The translations under genes and the position numbers were made by a program. This document shows, piece after piece, positions 1 to 11,673 of a stretch of DNA of 64,000 nt (the stretch's first letter is position 1; each line of letters begins with the position of its first letter). The DNA is from Malacoraja senta (taxonomy: Eukaryota), in NCBI GenBank assembly GCA_038087875.1, contig CM075988.1:17176001-17240000 (forward strand). The letters run 5' to 3'. The notes below the pieces were generated by a model. It made no database searches, was not told the origin of the DNA, and saw only the letters and a list, made by a program, of their open reading frames with translations.

Positions 1-109
1 CAGCAGCCCCAGCCCCTCCCCCCCACCCCCGCAGCCTGTGTCGAAGGGCGTCGTCACGTGTGTGGGAATAGAGAAAGAGGATTGGGGGTGATAGGGAATG
101 GGGAACAGA

Positions 110-615
110 TGGACTGTCCCTACCCCTCCTACTCCCACTCTCCCACCCCACTCTTCCCCTTCTCTCCTCTCCCACTCCCTCCCCTCCCACCCCCTCTCTT
201 CCCCTCCACCACCCATCTTCACCCCCATCTCCCCCCACCCCCTTCCCCTCTCTTGCACCACTCCCCGCTACCCCTCTGCCCCTCACTCCCCAATCTTCCC
301 CTCTCCCTCCCCCACCTCTCTCCATCCCCCATCCCTCTCTCCCTCTCTTCCCCCTACTCCTCTCCCCTTCCCCTCATCCCCTCTCCACCTCTAACATCCC
401 CTCCCCCCCTCTCCCCCCTTCCTGCCCTCCCCGCTCTCCTCCCACTCCCGCTCTCCTCCCACTCCCCACTCTCCTCCCTCTCCCCCACCCTGCTCTCTTC
501 TCCATCACCAATCTCTCCCCTTTCCTCCTCCCCCTCTCCCCTCCCTCCCCCTCTCCTCTTCTCTCCCCACCCCGTCTCCCTCTCCCCACTCCGTCTTCCT
601 CTACCCCCTCCCGCC
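110..615. repeat. C/T-rich low-complexity tract
   Basis: Almost pure C/T sequence; produces spurious Pro/Ser/Leu ORFs. Confidence 0.9.
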
Positions 616-719
616 GCCTGTGTTTGGGGGTGGTTAGGTGAGTGTGATGCCGTAGCCCCCCCCCCCCTCCCGCAAACGCGCGTTGGGGAAACAGCCCGCC
701 AACAGTCTCTCTGTCTTTA

Positions 720-932
720 AGACGGAATGCAGATGCTGGAAAATCGAAGGTACACAAAAAAAAGCTGTATAACCTCAGAGGGTGCAGCAGCATCTATGGA
801 TCAAAGGAAATAGGCAACGTTTCGGGACAAAACCCGTCTAAGGATGTGTTTCGGCCAAAAGCGTTGCCTATTTCCTTCGCTCCATAGATGCTGCTGCACC
901 CGCTGTGTTTCTCCAGTTTTTTTTTGTGTACC
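720..932. repeat. Inverted pair of Penelope-like terminal-repeat (pLTR) copies
   Basis: GCAGCAGCATCTATGGA..AAGGAAATAGGCAACG followed by its reverse complement; same sequence family as 39046-39145. Confidence 0.75.
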
Positions 933-3639
933 AGTCTCTCTGTCTCTCCCCTCTCTCTCTCTCTCTCTCTGCCCTTCTCTCTTCACAGCCCGCGGCTCAA
1001 CTCATGCACGCCCGCTGCAACCCCCCTTCACCTCTCTCCCCATCCTCTCCCCACCCCTCTTCTCTCTCCCCGTCCTCCCTCCCCCTTCCTCTCCCCCTCC
1101 TCACAATTTTTTTTTTCTAACATTAAATTTTCTCTCTCTGCCCCCCACCCCCTCGAGACGCACCTGAGAGGTGAGGGCTATTCGTCAGTGGATAGGGTGG
1201 AGATGGGATAAAAGAAGCAAATTAAAATATTAAGATAATATCAAGGGGTGTGATTTGTGTGTGTGTTTGTGGGTGCCAGATTCCCACCCCGCAACCGTGC
1301 TTTGGAGGAACAGACCCAACGGGTGGGTGGTTAGTGTGACGCCGCAGCCCCACCCCCCCCGCAAACGCACGTTGGGGATACAGACCCAACGGGTCTGCAC
1401 TTGGTCTAGTAACATATAAAAACAAATACATTTACACATATATAATATTTACAGCGTTTTGTTTTCTAGACATAACAAGATTACAAAAGGCATGTTTTCC
1501 AATTGCACATCATTAAAATTGTTTCAATTCCACTACTTTTGAAGGTCCAATTTATAATTTTTTGACTTCAGCATCTGTAAAGTTCAATATATATTTCAAA
1601 TCCCCTTTAATTGATATTTCACAGAACTGCGTGTGGGCATGTGCCACCATGTTATTGTACATTTCTATAAATACGTCATAATGGAGTTCATTTTTAATAC
1701 TTGTATGAGTTGAGAATGGCTTTCCAATGACTGAAGATGAGGATGACTTCCCAATTTCTTATCAGGTTGGGGTGATAATGAAACTGGACTGGAAGTATAC
1801 ATTGTGATAAGAGTCAAAAGCATTGGCAAGTGCAAACTGAACCCTTCTTCATTTTTTTAATTCGAAAGACAGCACTTCTGACAGCACAGCACTTAAATAC
1901 TAACTGTAGTGCTGATAGAAGCATGTGTTCAAGTCTCTCAGGTGTGACTTCAACTTGTAACCTTAGGATTAAAGATGGAAAATGCTGCAGTATTAACTAA
2001 GCCAGGCAGACTCTTTATTGGACTATAGAACATGATGTATCATGGTCTCACAAATTAATCTGAAATATCAATTTAAATGTTTTTTAATCCATAAAGAAAG
2101 GTTATAGATACTAACATTAAATACAAGTTAGATTTACAGAATTTTTAGAATTGCAATAATTATCAGGATTGGCAATTAGAAAACATGCCTTTCACAATCC
2201 TGGGATGACAGAAACATCTACAAAACCAAATATATTTTTAGAGTAGCCACTGTTATATACTGAAACAAATTTGCACACAGCAAAGCCCCGCAAACATTAA
2301 TAAGCTAACTGATCCTTTTCAGAGATGTTAAGAGGTACATTTTGAGAGAAAGCCAGGATACCTCCTTTTTAATTAAAATTGGCAAGGTTTTTCATGCTTT
2401 GTATGGTTCAAGTGTCTCAACCAAAAGAGCTATTAAATGGCTCATTAACAGATCCCGCATGGAGTAGTTTTGTGCACAGAAATTACACAACAATGCAATA
2501 GCAAATGGCCTATTACCTTCTGTTAAAAATGCAATCATAATTCACCTACAACAAATAAATCATTATTGTTTAGAAAGCTGTGGTCTATTTAGTCTAACAT
2601 TCATTTGCTGATAGAAAAAAATAATTTAAAAAAACTTAAATGGTCGCTCCACACCGAGACATCCATGCAGTAATGGCTGCCAAATCAACATCCACAAACA
2701 ATAGGATTAAGCAGGATTTGCAAGGTTACATGGATTTCTCACGCATTGATTTTATGGATACCACAGAGTTGTGCTGAATATTTGGTTCTCAACATGTAGG
2801 GTTCAGTCATGGCTGTTGAAAGTCAGAAACATTCACTGAGATTGTGAGAAACACTGCAAACTAAATACAACACATTGCACTCTTGAATTACCAGCAACAG
2901 GTAATCTTACCTAAAGACATATCTTCAGCAATTTCATTTATACTAAAAGCATTTTCCCAAAAGAAAATATTGAGCACAATAAAAGGGCCTTAAAATCTGT
3001 TTCAAACCTCTACAAGAAACTTTGAACAAGCAATAGACAGTTGTTATAGAAAATAACAGGTTAAATAAGAAAAGTTGTTTCCTGAACAACGACATTGCCA
3101 CCAACAAACACAGTGCTAATAAAATACTGCAGTCAAGATAACACTGCATATGTTTAGACTAAAAAGGCAAAGAATCAGAGCACTGGGTGATGTAGGGGAT
3201 TTGAATGAGATTTGTTTACTTCTGCAGCTTTGATTGAAATCAGCCAGTTTACCAAATTAGTTGAACTTTCTTTCTTTGCCAGTCCAAAAGGTCTATGTTG
3301 TACATTCCCAACTCTGGCTCTTGAATCCATGCTATATACCCTGCCCGCCTTTAAATTTACTGGAAGGATAAATGTTAGTGCCTTCTTCCAAGTCAGAATC
3401 AACTACCAGTTACACTCAAGATAACATTATGTAGACGTTCTCCCAACATCAGATTGCCAAAGGGACACTCAATTCTGTGCTGTCATGCGAACACATTACA
3501 TGGTAGACAGAGGAATAGTTCTAGCCTGCTTGAACAACTCCACTGGCTCCCGGAGATCCCTGGACCATGGATATTGAGGGTCGTAACACCATGCTAAATG
3601 CTCTTTATCCCCACCCCCCACTCAGTTTACGATTGTTCT

Positions 3640-3895
3640 CGCCGATGCAAACGTGGCCTCCTTTACATCAGCAAAACCAAGCTTAGGATAGGGCGACACC
3701 AAGAACCTGCTGGATCACCTGGCTGTTAACCATTTTAACTCCCCTTCCTATTATCAGACAGAAACCTTTGTCCTTGACCTCCTCCATTGCAAGAATAAGG
3801 CAACATACAAACTGGAGGAAGAACATCTCAAATTCAGCTAGGGTAGTTTACAACCAAATGGTTTGAACATTGAATTCTCAAACTTCAAGTAATAT
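3640..3895 (+). mobile_element. Degenerate Penelope-like GIY-YIG 3' fragment
   Basis: Homologous to the endonuclease region at 39255-39520 (KLEEEHLKFSLGSLQPNGLNIEFSNF). Confidence 0.7.
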
Positions 3896-4613
3896 AGCCC
3901 TAGCCATTTTCTTTTTTTTAAAAACATGCTCCCCATCCGGTTCGTTCACATTTCTCCAACCATCTCCCACCCCCATCACCCTGCTCCTTTCCCCTCCGCT
4001 ATACTCTCCCATCCCCAAGTTCCCAATTCCCCTTTTATCTGCCCTCTTTCCAATGCCCTGGGTACTATTGCATCCCTGTCTTTATATTTCACTCCTAAGG
4101 GCTCGAAATTAGCAGTTGCCCGGGTGCCATTGACCACCCAAAGTGCCGCCGGACAACCTAAACACCGAGTCATTTTGCCCGGCTTGGCAATCAAATACTG
4201 GTTTATACCGATAGACACAAAAAACTGGAGTAACTCGCGGGTGAGGCAGCATCTCTGGAGAATAGGAACGTGACGTTTCGTGTCGGCGGCGGCTGTGCGG
4301 GGCAAAGATACTAGGTGCGTGGTGACGAAGGGTTGGAGCGAATGACGGGTCCCGAACAGTGGCAGCGGCTCCACTGCCTCCTCCTCCCGCACCTCGCCCG
4401 ACGGAAGGCCTCCCTCTTCCTCCTTCCTCCCGGCCTAGGCGTGCGAGAGGGGTTGTTTAGAAAGCGCCGTTGGTGGATTTGCAAGCAGCGGCTGCTGCCT
4501 GCAAATCCGCCAACGGCGAATTCAAAACAACCCCTCTCGTATGCCGAGGCCGGGAGGAGGGTGGGAGAGAGAGGGAGGCGGAGGCCTCCTTCTGCCGTCT
4601 GAAGCAGCTGCAC

Positions 4614-4641
4614 CAAAGATCCTATAGCTATAGGATCTTTG
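4614..4641. mobile_element. 28-bp perfect palindrome with 8-bp target-site duplication (minimal hAT-type insertion)
   Basis: CAAAGATCCTATAG|CTATAGGATCTTTG flanked by AGCTGCAC at 4606-4613 and 4642-4649. Confidence 0.7.
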
Positions 4642-4816
4642 AGCTGCACCGCTCAGCCCCGCACCTTGCTGTCGGAGGAGGGGAGGCGGTGGCGAGGAGT
4701 CCCAACCGCCACCCCCTTTGGCACTTTGGCGTTGGATAGGGACAGCCCAGGCAGTGGGGCGATGTTGTCCGAGGAGCGCTGACCTTCCTTCCTCCCCACC
4801 TCCTCTGCCCCTCTCT

Positions 4817-4855
<39 letters not shown>

Positions 4856-5199
4856 ACGCCCCCCTCCACCCCTCTTATCCTGGGACCCCTCCTCTCCATC
4901 CCGCACTGATTCCCATTCCCTCCTCTAATCAGTCCTCACTGACATCCCCTGTGCTCCCCTCCCCATCTACCCCCCCCCCAATCTATTCATCACCCTACCC
5001 ACCTCGCATTGATTCTCCTGCCGCCGCCCCCATCCATCCTACACTGGTCCCCAATTCATCTTGTACTGAACCCCTTCCCATCCATCCTGCACTTCTTCCC
5101 CCATTCATACTGCACTGATCCTCCCATTCATGCCGTACTGACCCACCCTCCATTTACCCTGCACCAATCCCCCCATCCATCCTGTAGTGATCTCACCAT

Positions 5200-5530
5200 T
5201 CATCTCTTACTGATCCCCCATTCATCTTGTACTGATCCCCTCATGCATCCTGTACTGATCCCCTCATCCATCCTGTACTGATCCCCTCATCCATCCTGTA
5301 CTGATCCCCTCATCCATCCTGTACTGATCCCCTCATGCATCCTGTACTGATCCCCTCATTCATCCCATACTGATCCCCCAATCATCCTATACTGATACCC
5401 TCATTCATTCTGTAGTGATCCCCTATTCATCCTGCACAGACCCTCCGATCCACACTGTCCTGACCCCCCCCCCCCCGTTCATCCTGTACTGACCTCCCCC
5501 CATTCATCCTGTACTGATCCCCCCCATTCA
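5200..5530. repeat. Minisatellite, about 23-bp unit TACTGATCCCCTCATCCATCCTG
   Basis: Tandem units, near perfect at 5230-5360 and degenerate on both sides. Confidence 0.9.
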
Positions 5531-6234
5531 AGAAGAATGGGGGGAACAGTCTGAAAAAGGGTCTCGACCCGAAATGTTGCCTATTTCCTTCGCTCCATAG
5601 ATGCTGCTGCACCCGCTGAGTTTCTCCAGCACTTATGTCTACCTTCGATTTTCCAGCATCTGCAGTTCCTTCTTGAATATAATATGTGAATGCTTCATTG
5701 AGCATAATTCCGACTGGTAACTACGCACTTCGTCTGAGCACATTATCGCACGCGTCATGCAAACCGTCTTAAATGACCACCTAAACTGTCATTTGGCAAC
5801 CTAAAAAGCTGTCAAGGTTGCCCGGCTGGCTACAGAGAAAAAAAGTTAAGTGAGAGCCCTGCTCCTCCTCTCATCTAACACCCTTTTTTCTTGTTTTCTC
5901 CTCTAGCCTTTCTCACTTACTCCACCTATCTGTGAATCAAAACCCCCTCACCTATTTCCACCCACTACTAGCCAGGCTTTGTCCTGCCCGCACCTTTCTT
6001 TTCCAGCTTTCTCTCTCTCCCCCCCTACTCGTATCAGTCTGAAGAAGGGTCCTAACCTCCCTAGATTCTGCCTGAGCCGCTCAGTTGCTCCAGTACTGTG
6101 TGTTTTGGACAAAATAAGAAATAGGAACAGAAGCCAACTGCATGAGTACATAACTTTGCTCTGCCATTCAATAAGATCACTGCACTAGGGTAAAGTTTTG
6201 AAGGCAGACAATTCCGATAATGCTTTCTTTCATT

Positions 6235-6610
6235 TGTTAGGATATTCAGTACAAGAATTGGGACATTTTGTCACAGCTGTACAAGGCATTGGTTGAGGCC
6301 ACATTTGGAATACTGTGTGCAGTTCTGGTCTCTCTGCTATATGAAGAATGTCATTAAACTAGAAAGAGTGTCGAGGATATTTACGAGGGTGTTATTGGGT
6401 CTGGATCGTTTGAGTTATAGTGAGGGACTGGATAGGCTGGGTCTTTATTCCCTGGAGGGTAGAAGTCCGAAAGATGATCTTAATCAAGGTTTATAAAATC
6501 ATGAGGGGCATACATAAGATGATTAGCCATTGTCGTTCCGCAGTATAGGGAAAGCTAGAAGGGATAGGTTTAAGTTGAGAGGGGAAAGTTTTAAAAGGGA
6601 TCCAAGGGGC
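6235..6610 (+). mobile_element. CR1 LINE ORF2 3' fragment
   Basis: RPHLEYCVQFWS...KLERV...SYSEGLDRLGLYSLE, typical CR1 RT C-terminus. Confidence 0.8.
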
Positions 6611-7486
6611 ATAATCTACAGGAAGCATATCAGGCAAAGGACCAACAACGACGTCTCCACAAAATCATCTAAATCCATTCAGCAGGATATACAAATATCA
6701 GCATCCTTCCACAACCTAGGCTCAGGTTTATCAGGCTCAACTAGCTTCAGTTGGCAGACTATATCACCCACGTGACTGATACCAGACTCTGAACAATCAC
6801 TCTGCTTAATGCTCCCTCACAACAAGACATTTTCTGGAAGACACAGAACAAACTTGAAGAATGTTCTCAAGCGTCCTTGGGGGGGAAAAAATAGGGAGCA
6901 TCCCAATCCATTAGTTCTCAAAATGGAAAAGCAAGGTAAGTGCTGAGCACCACAGTCCTCCACAAGGGGAACATGGGGAAGGTAAGTGCAAATAGCAGTT
7001 AACAAAATGAAAACACATCATCCCGAACAACACACCTGTGAAGCATCACCTGCCCTGAAGTGAAATCAGTGGATTTCACATAGTGTTCATCAGAATCTAC
7101 AGTGAAAGCAAGTTCGCCCTCGGCTCCAAAGAATTGCACAAGAACGGTTATAAAATAAGTGCAAGTATTTTGTGTATTGATCTTCCAGGTAATTGCAGTA
7201 CATCTTACTCACCACACAGAGGTGACAGACCACAACAATACTGGTGTAGGGATGGAAAGCACTACGCACTCAGTTTCTACCAGCATACTGTCACCTCAGG
7301 CTCGCAGGATGACAGAAACCACTCCAATCTGATGCAGTTCTCTGCCCCAGTTGTAATTATCTCAGCAGACAAAATATGTAGAAAGGAACTGCAGATGCGT
7401 GTTTATACAGAAGATAGACACAAAGTGCTGGAGTTACTCAGGGGGGTCAGGCAGCATCTCTGGAGAAAAGGATGGGTGACATTTCG

Positions 7487-9187
7487 CAGGGCTGCCAACT
7501 CTCACGCATTGAGCGTGAGAATCACGCATTTCGCCCAATTCTCACGCACTCACGCTGATCACAAATTTCTCACGCTCTGTCGTGAAAAATTCTGTGAACA
7601 ACGAGAATTTCAAAACTAATATCGACTGCATGGGCCGCGGGTGTTGGAGAGCCGGGGCGGAGGGAGGGATGGAAGCAGTAGCAGCGGCGGGGGCAGATGC
7701 GGAAGGGGAGCCGGGGCTTGTGAGTGTTTGCCGGGCTGGCGAGTTGCTCGCTGCAGCTCCGGCCATGGAGCAGCCTCATTGCGTTGCGCTGCTGAGTTAA
7801 GAGTCTCTGTGCCAAATTCACCCTGGTGACAGGCATGGACCAGGCTGCGGCTCGGTGCATCCTGGAGGACAACCAGTGGCTGCTGGAAGTAAGTACCAAG
7901 CACTGGGTAGAAGAGGTGGAAGATAGCTGGCCTTCAAATGGGGGTGGTTGGAGAAATCATCCTGCTTGCCTGCTAGATTTTCACTTACTGTAACTGCAGG
8001 ATAAATGTTCCCGATGTTTGGGGAGTTCAGAACCGGGGTCACAGTTTAAGAATAAGGGGTAGGCCATTTAAGACTGAGATGAGGACAAACTTTCTTCACC
8101 CAGAGAGTTGGGAATCTGTGGAATTCTCTTCCACAGAAGGCAGTGGAGGCCAATTCACTGGATGTTTTCAAGAGAGTTACATTTAGCTCTTGGGGCTAAC
8201 GAAATCAAGGGATATGGGGAAAAAACAGGAAAGATGTACCGATTTTAGATGAACAGCCATGATCATATGGAACGGCAGTGCTGGCTCGAAGGGCCGAATG
8301 GCCTATTCCTGTACCTATTTCTATGCTTGAGTATATGGCAATAAACCTCGACCACTTGATTTTGAAGCATTCATGCATGGTGGAGGTATAATGTAGTCAT
8401 AGAGTGATACAATGTGAAAACAGCCCTTCTGCCCAACTTGCCTACAACCGCCAACATGTCCCAGCTACACTACCTGCTTTTGGTCCATAATCCCTCCAAA
8501 CCTGTCCTTCCATAATAATAATAATAATAATACATTCTATTTATGGGCGCCTTTCAAAAGTCTCAAGGACACCTTACAAAGTTTAACAAATAGTAGAAAC
8601 ATGTAAGCGGAATGAAATAAATAGTAAAGACATCACGAGTACACAAGTTAAAGAGAGAATTCAATTCATTCCAAAAACAAAAATCAAAAACACAATATAT
8701 CCATGTATCAGTTTAACTCTTTCTTAAATGTTGTGATAGTCCCTGCCTCAACTACCTCCTCCGGCAGCTTGTTCCATACACCCACCACCCTTTGTGTGGA
8801 AAAAGTTACCTCTTAAAAAGTTAACTCTTAAAAATACTTCAAACAAAAAACATTTAAATCATACTTCTACAATGCATTAAAACATGATTTTAATACAATC
8901 ATATTTCAAAAAGTCCCTACCGTGGGAGGAGGATCTCCCCCCTGCCACACCCTCTCCCCACTCAGTTGTTCCACTCCCTCGCCAGGTACCCCCAAGGCCA
9001 GTTATCAGTAATCGCTCAGACCCCCCACTTTCAAAAACGCTCTGCGGCCCCTGGTTCAGGCGGAGGGGGGGACACCCATCTCCCACACCTTCCCCCCCTC
9101 CCCCCCCACCTCGGTCTCTACGCTCCCTCGGGCTTGGTTTTCTCACAATTTCTCACTCCCTACTCTCACCCAATGTTGGCAGCCCTG
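7487..9187. mobile_element. Non-autonomous DNA transposon (hAT-like) with 13-bp TIRs, carrying LINE fragments
   Basis: TIR CAGGGCTGCCAAC / GTTGGCAGCCCTG; CATTTCG duplicated at 7480-7486 and 9188-9194; interrupts a pLTR copy. Confidence 0.75.
7985..8330 (+). mobile_element. CR1 LINE 3' end
   Basis: TRGHSLRI-type motif region, FFTQRVGNLWNSLP, and CR1 3' UTR (GGGCCGAATGGCCTATTCCTG). Confidence 0.8.
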
Positions 9188-11017
9188 CATTTCGGGGCAG
9201 AATTTCATGGTCGGATGAAGGATTCCGACCCAAAACCTCCCCAACCTGTTTCTCCAGAGATGCTGCCTGACATGCTGAGTGACTCTACCATTTTGTGTCC
9301 ATCTTAATTATCTCAGCAGTCTGGTCAGCATCATATTCTAGCATCATTTGCAAAGTTTAAACTTGGGTGCCATTGCCAAATAGGCAACAAGCACTATTCA
9401 ATTAAAAATAAAAATTAAAGGGTCAGACTTTATGGCCTTGACACACAAAAACTGCCAGGCATCATGTCCCAGCATGCTTTGAGGAACCAATGGACAATAT
9501 AATGGACCATCTAAGCATAGCAAAATGCTGAAGACTTAAATGCAGAGAAACAAGCAGAATGGACTCCACACTAATCAGATCACACGATGATGTGCATGTA
9601 TTGACATTTCACTGTTGTATCCTTCATTGTGCTCTTTTGGTCTGTCTGGCTGCATGACTTACAAATCCACAAAGAAGTAACAGACATGGTTCTACAAAAT
9701 ATGGCTTTATTCTCAAAAGCCTTTGGGAGCTTTAATAATAAGGTAGTTGCTGAAGTAAAACCTATTCAATGACTTTCAAAAAAGTGATAAACCCAGAACT
9801 TCAAATGGAATGATACTTCCTGGGACTGCGAACCAACCCATTATGGGTTTATTATTGTCCCATGTCCTGATATAAGTAAAAACTCCTTTTGCGTGATATT
9901 AGATCAAATCATACCATGCATAAGTACATTAAGGTAAGGCAACAACAACAAAAATCCAATATGCAGCATTACTACTACAGACAAAGTGCAGACAAAAATA
10001 TGCAAGAACTGCATCGAGGCAAATTGGGTGATCAGGAATTCATCCTTAATATAAAGCAACCATTTGGAGTAAACAGAAGATAACGTTGAGACAATGAATC
10101 TATCAAGGGTGTGATTTTTGTACTATAGGAGGATTCAAAATAATCTTGCAAGTAAACTGCAAACATATTTGATCCATAACAACAGATTTCCTTGGTGATC
10201 ACAAATGGTGATCAATCACCTTGACTTAAAAGACTACACATACGAGAAATATTTAAAACTAAAACAGTGTACTAAAGAAAACAGCAGATTTGGCATGATA
10301 TTTAAGTACAATAAATTATTAATTGAATGTCGGGTTATACTGCTTTGCAAGCCTTGACCAGATTTAAATTCAGGTCTGATTCAAGGGGGATGTGGTGACA
10401 CGTACCTGCAGCAAAACAAACGCTGAGAATTTCCTACCCAGTGATTCTACTCCCTGATTCCTCAAGTAACCTCTGGATACCATGGGCACTAGTTCATAAC
10501 TACTGTTTCTTGTTTCAACTGAAATATGTTACACCTGAGCACATTTAATAATTAATGTCACTGTATCAGAGTGCAGGAGTAAATTGTGAAAACCGATATT
10601 TCATAGCAGAAAAGATTGAGCAGTGGTGTCTATCATACCCAGAGGTTTCCAAGTCGGACATAAGCAAATTTACAATGCAGCAAGGCTGTCTCCACTCACC
10701 CAAAACACTGAAATACACTCTAGAAAATTACAGATCAACCATTAGCCATTCAGCCATTATATGTAGGTCTACCAGCAGAGGGTGCAGTAGTTCTGCAGTT
10801 GGACCAGTGTGGTGACTGCACACTCCACTGCCACACGTTTTTGATATTTTGTTTCATTCACAGGATGTGAGTATTGGTGACAGGGTTACACTGAACTGTC
10901 CTTGACAAGATAATGAGCTGATGTTTTAATCATGGCCTCGTGATTGAGGTACTCCTAAAGTGTTGCTGTGCATGTATTTCCTGTACATTGACCCAGTTAT
11001 TACAAAAGAATGGTAAT

Positions 11018-11673
11018 CTAAAATAAAACAATTCCTCCACTTTGATGACCTCGAAAAGATCATCCACACATTTATCTCCTCCCGCCTAGATTACTGCAAC
11101 TCCCTTTACACTGGCATCAGCCAATCTTCCCTGTCCCGCCTGCAACTGGTCCAAAACGCCGCAGCGAGACTCCTGACGGGCACCCGAAAAAGGGACCACA
11201 TCACCCCGATCCTGGCCTCTCTCCACTGGCTCCCTGTTCGGTTCCGTATACATTTCAAGATCCTCCTCTATGTCTACAAAGCCCTCAATGGGCTTGCCCC
11301 CACCTACATTAAAAGTCTTCTTACCCACCACTCCACCTCCAGGTCCCTCAGATCGTCCGACTTGGGGTTGCTGAATATCCCGCGGTCTAGTCATAAGCTC
11401 AGGGGCGACCGTGCCTTTGCGGTTGCAGCTCCTAGACTGAGGAACAGCACCCCCTTTCCCATCAGAACTGCCCCCTCCATCGACTCCTTTGTCAAGACTA
11501 AAAACGTATCTATACTCCCAAGCCTTTCTTGACGTCCTCTGAGCGAGGGCTATATGTATATATGTATGTAGTTTGTTTGTTTATACTATTCTGATAACAA
11601 ATGTAAAGCACTTTGGCCAACGAGAGTTGTTTTTTAAATGTGCTATATAAATAAATGTGACGACTTGACTTGA
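11018..11673 (+). mobile_element. L2 LINE 3' fragment
   Basis: IHTFISSRLDYCNSL...LQLVQNAAARLL...HITPILASLHWLPV; (GACTT)n tail; closely similar to the minus-strand copy at 44024-44670. Confidence 0.9.

Larger units (their letters stand above)
1..1409 (+). mobile_element. Helitron-like non-autonomous element, 3' portion (5' end outside window)
   Basis: Hairpin CAGACCC-aac-GGGTCTG (1381-1397) lies 8 nt before CTAG (1406-1409), followed by T, which is the canonical Helitron 3' terminus. Composition switches abruptly to AT-rich after 1410. A subterminal block is repeated at about 628-690 and 1325-1378. Confidence 0.55.
4097..5861. mobile_element. hAT-like non-autonomous composite element
   Basis: Imperfect termini (A/C)AGGGCTC...GAGCCCTG, GGCAAC/GTTGCC-rich subterminal motifs at both ends, CTCCT on both flanks. 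Contains pLTR copies, hairpins and a minisatellite. Confidence 0.5.

Noticed and set aside
58..1211. Pro/Ser/Leu-rich ORFs up to 220 aa
   Set aside because: Artefacts of C/T low-complexity sequence.
7083..7619. 178-aa ORF
   Set aside because: Runs through pLTR and transposon-end sequence; no domain.
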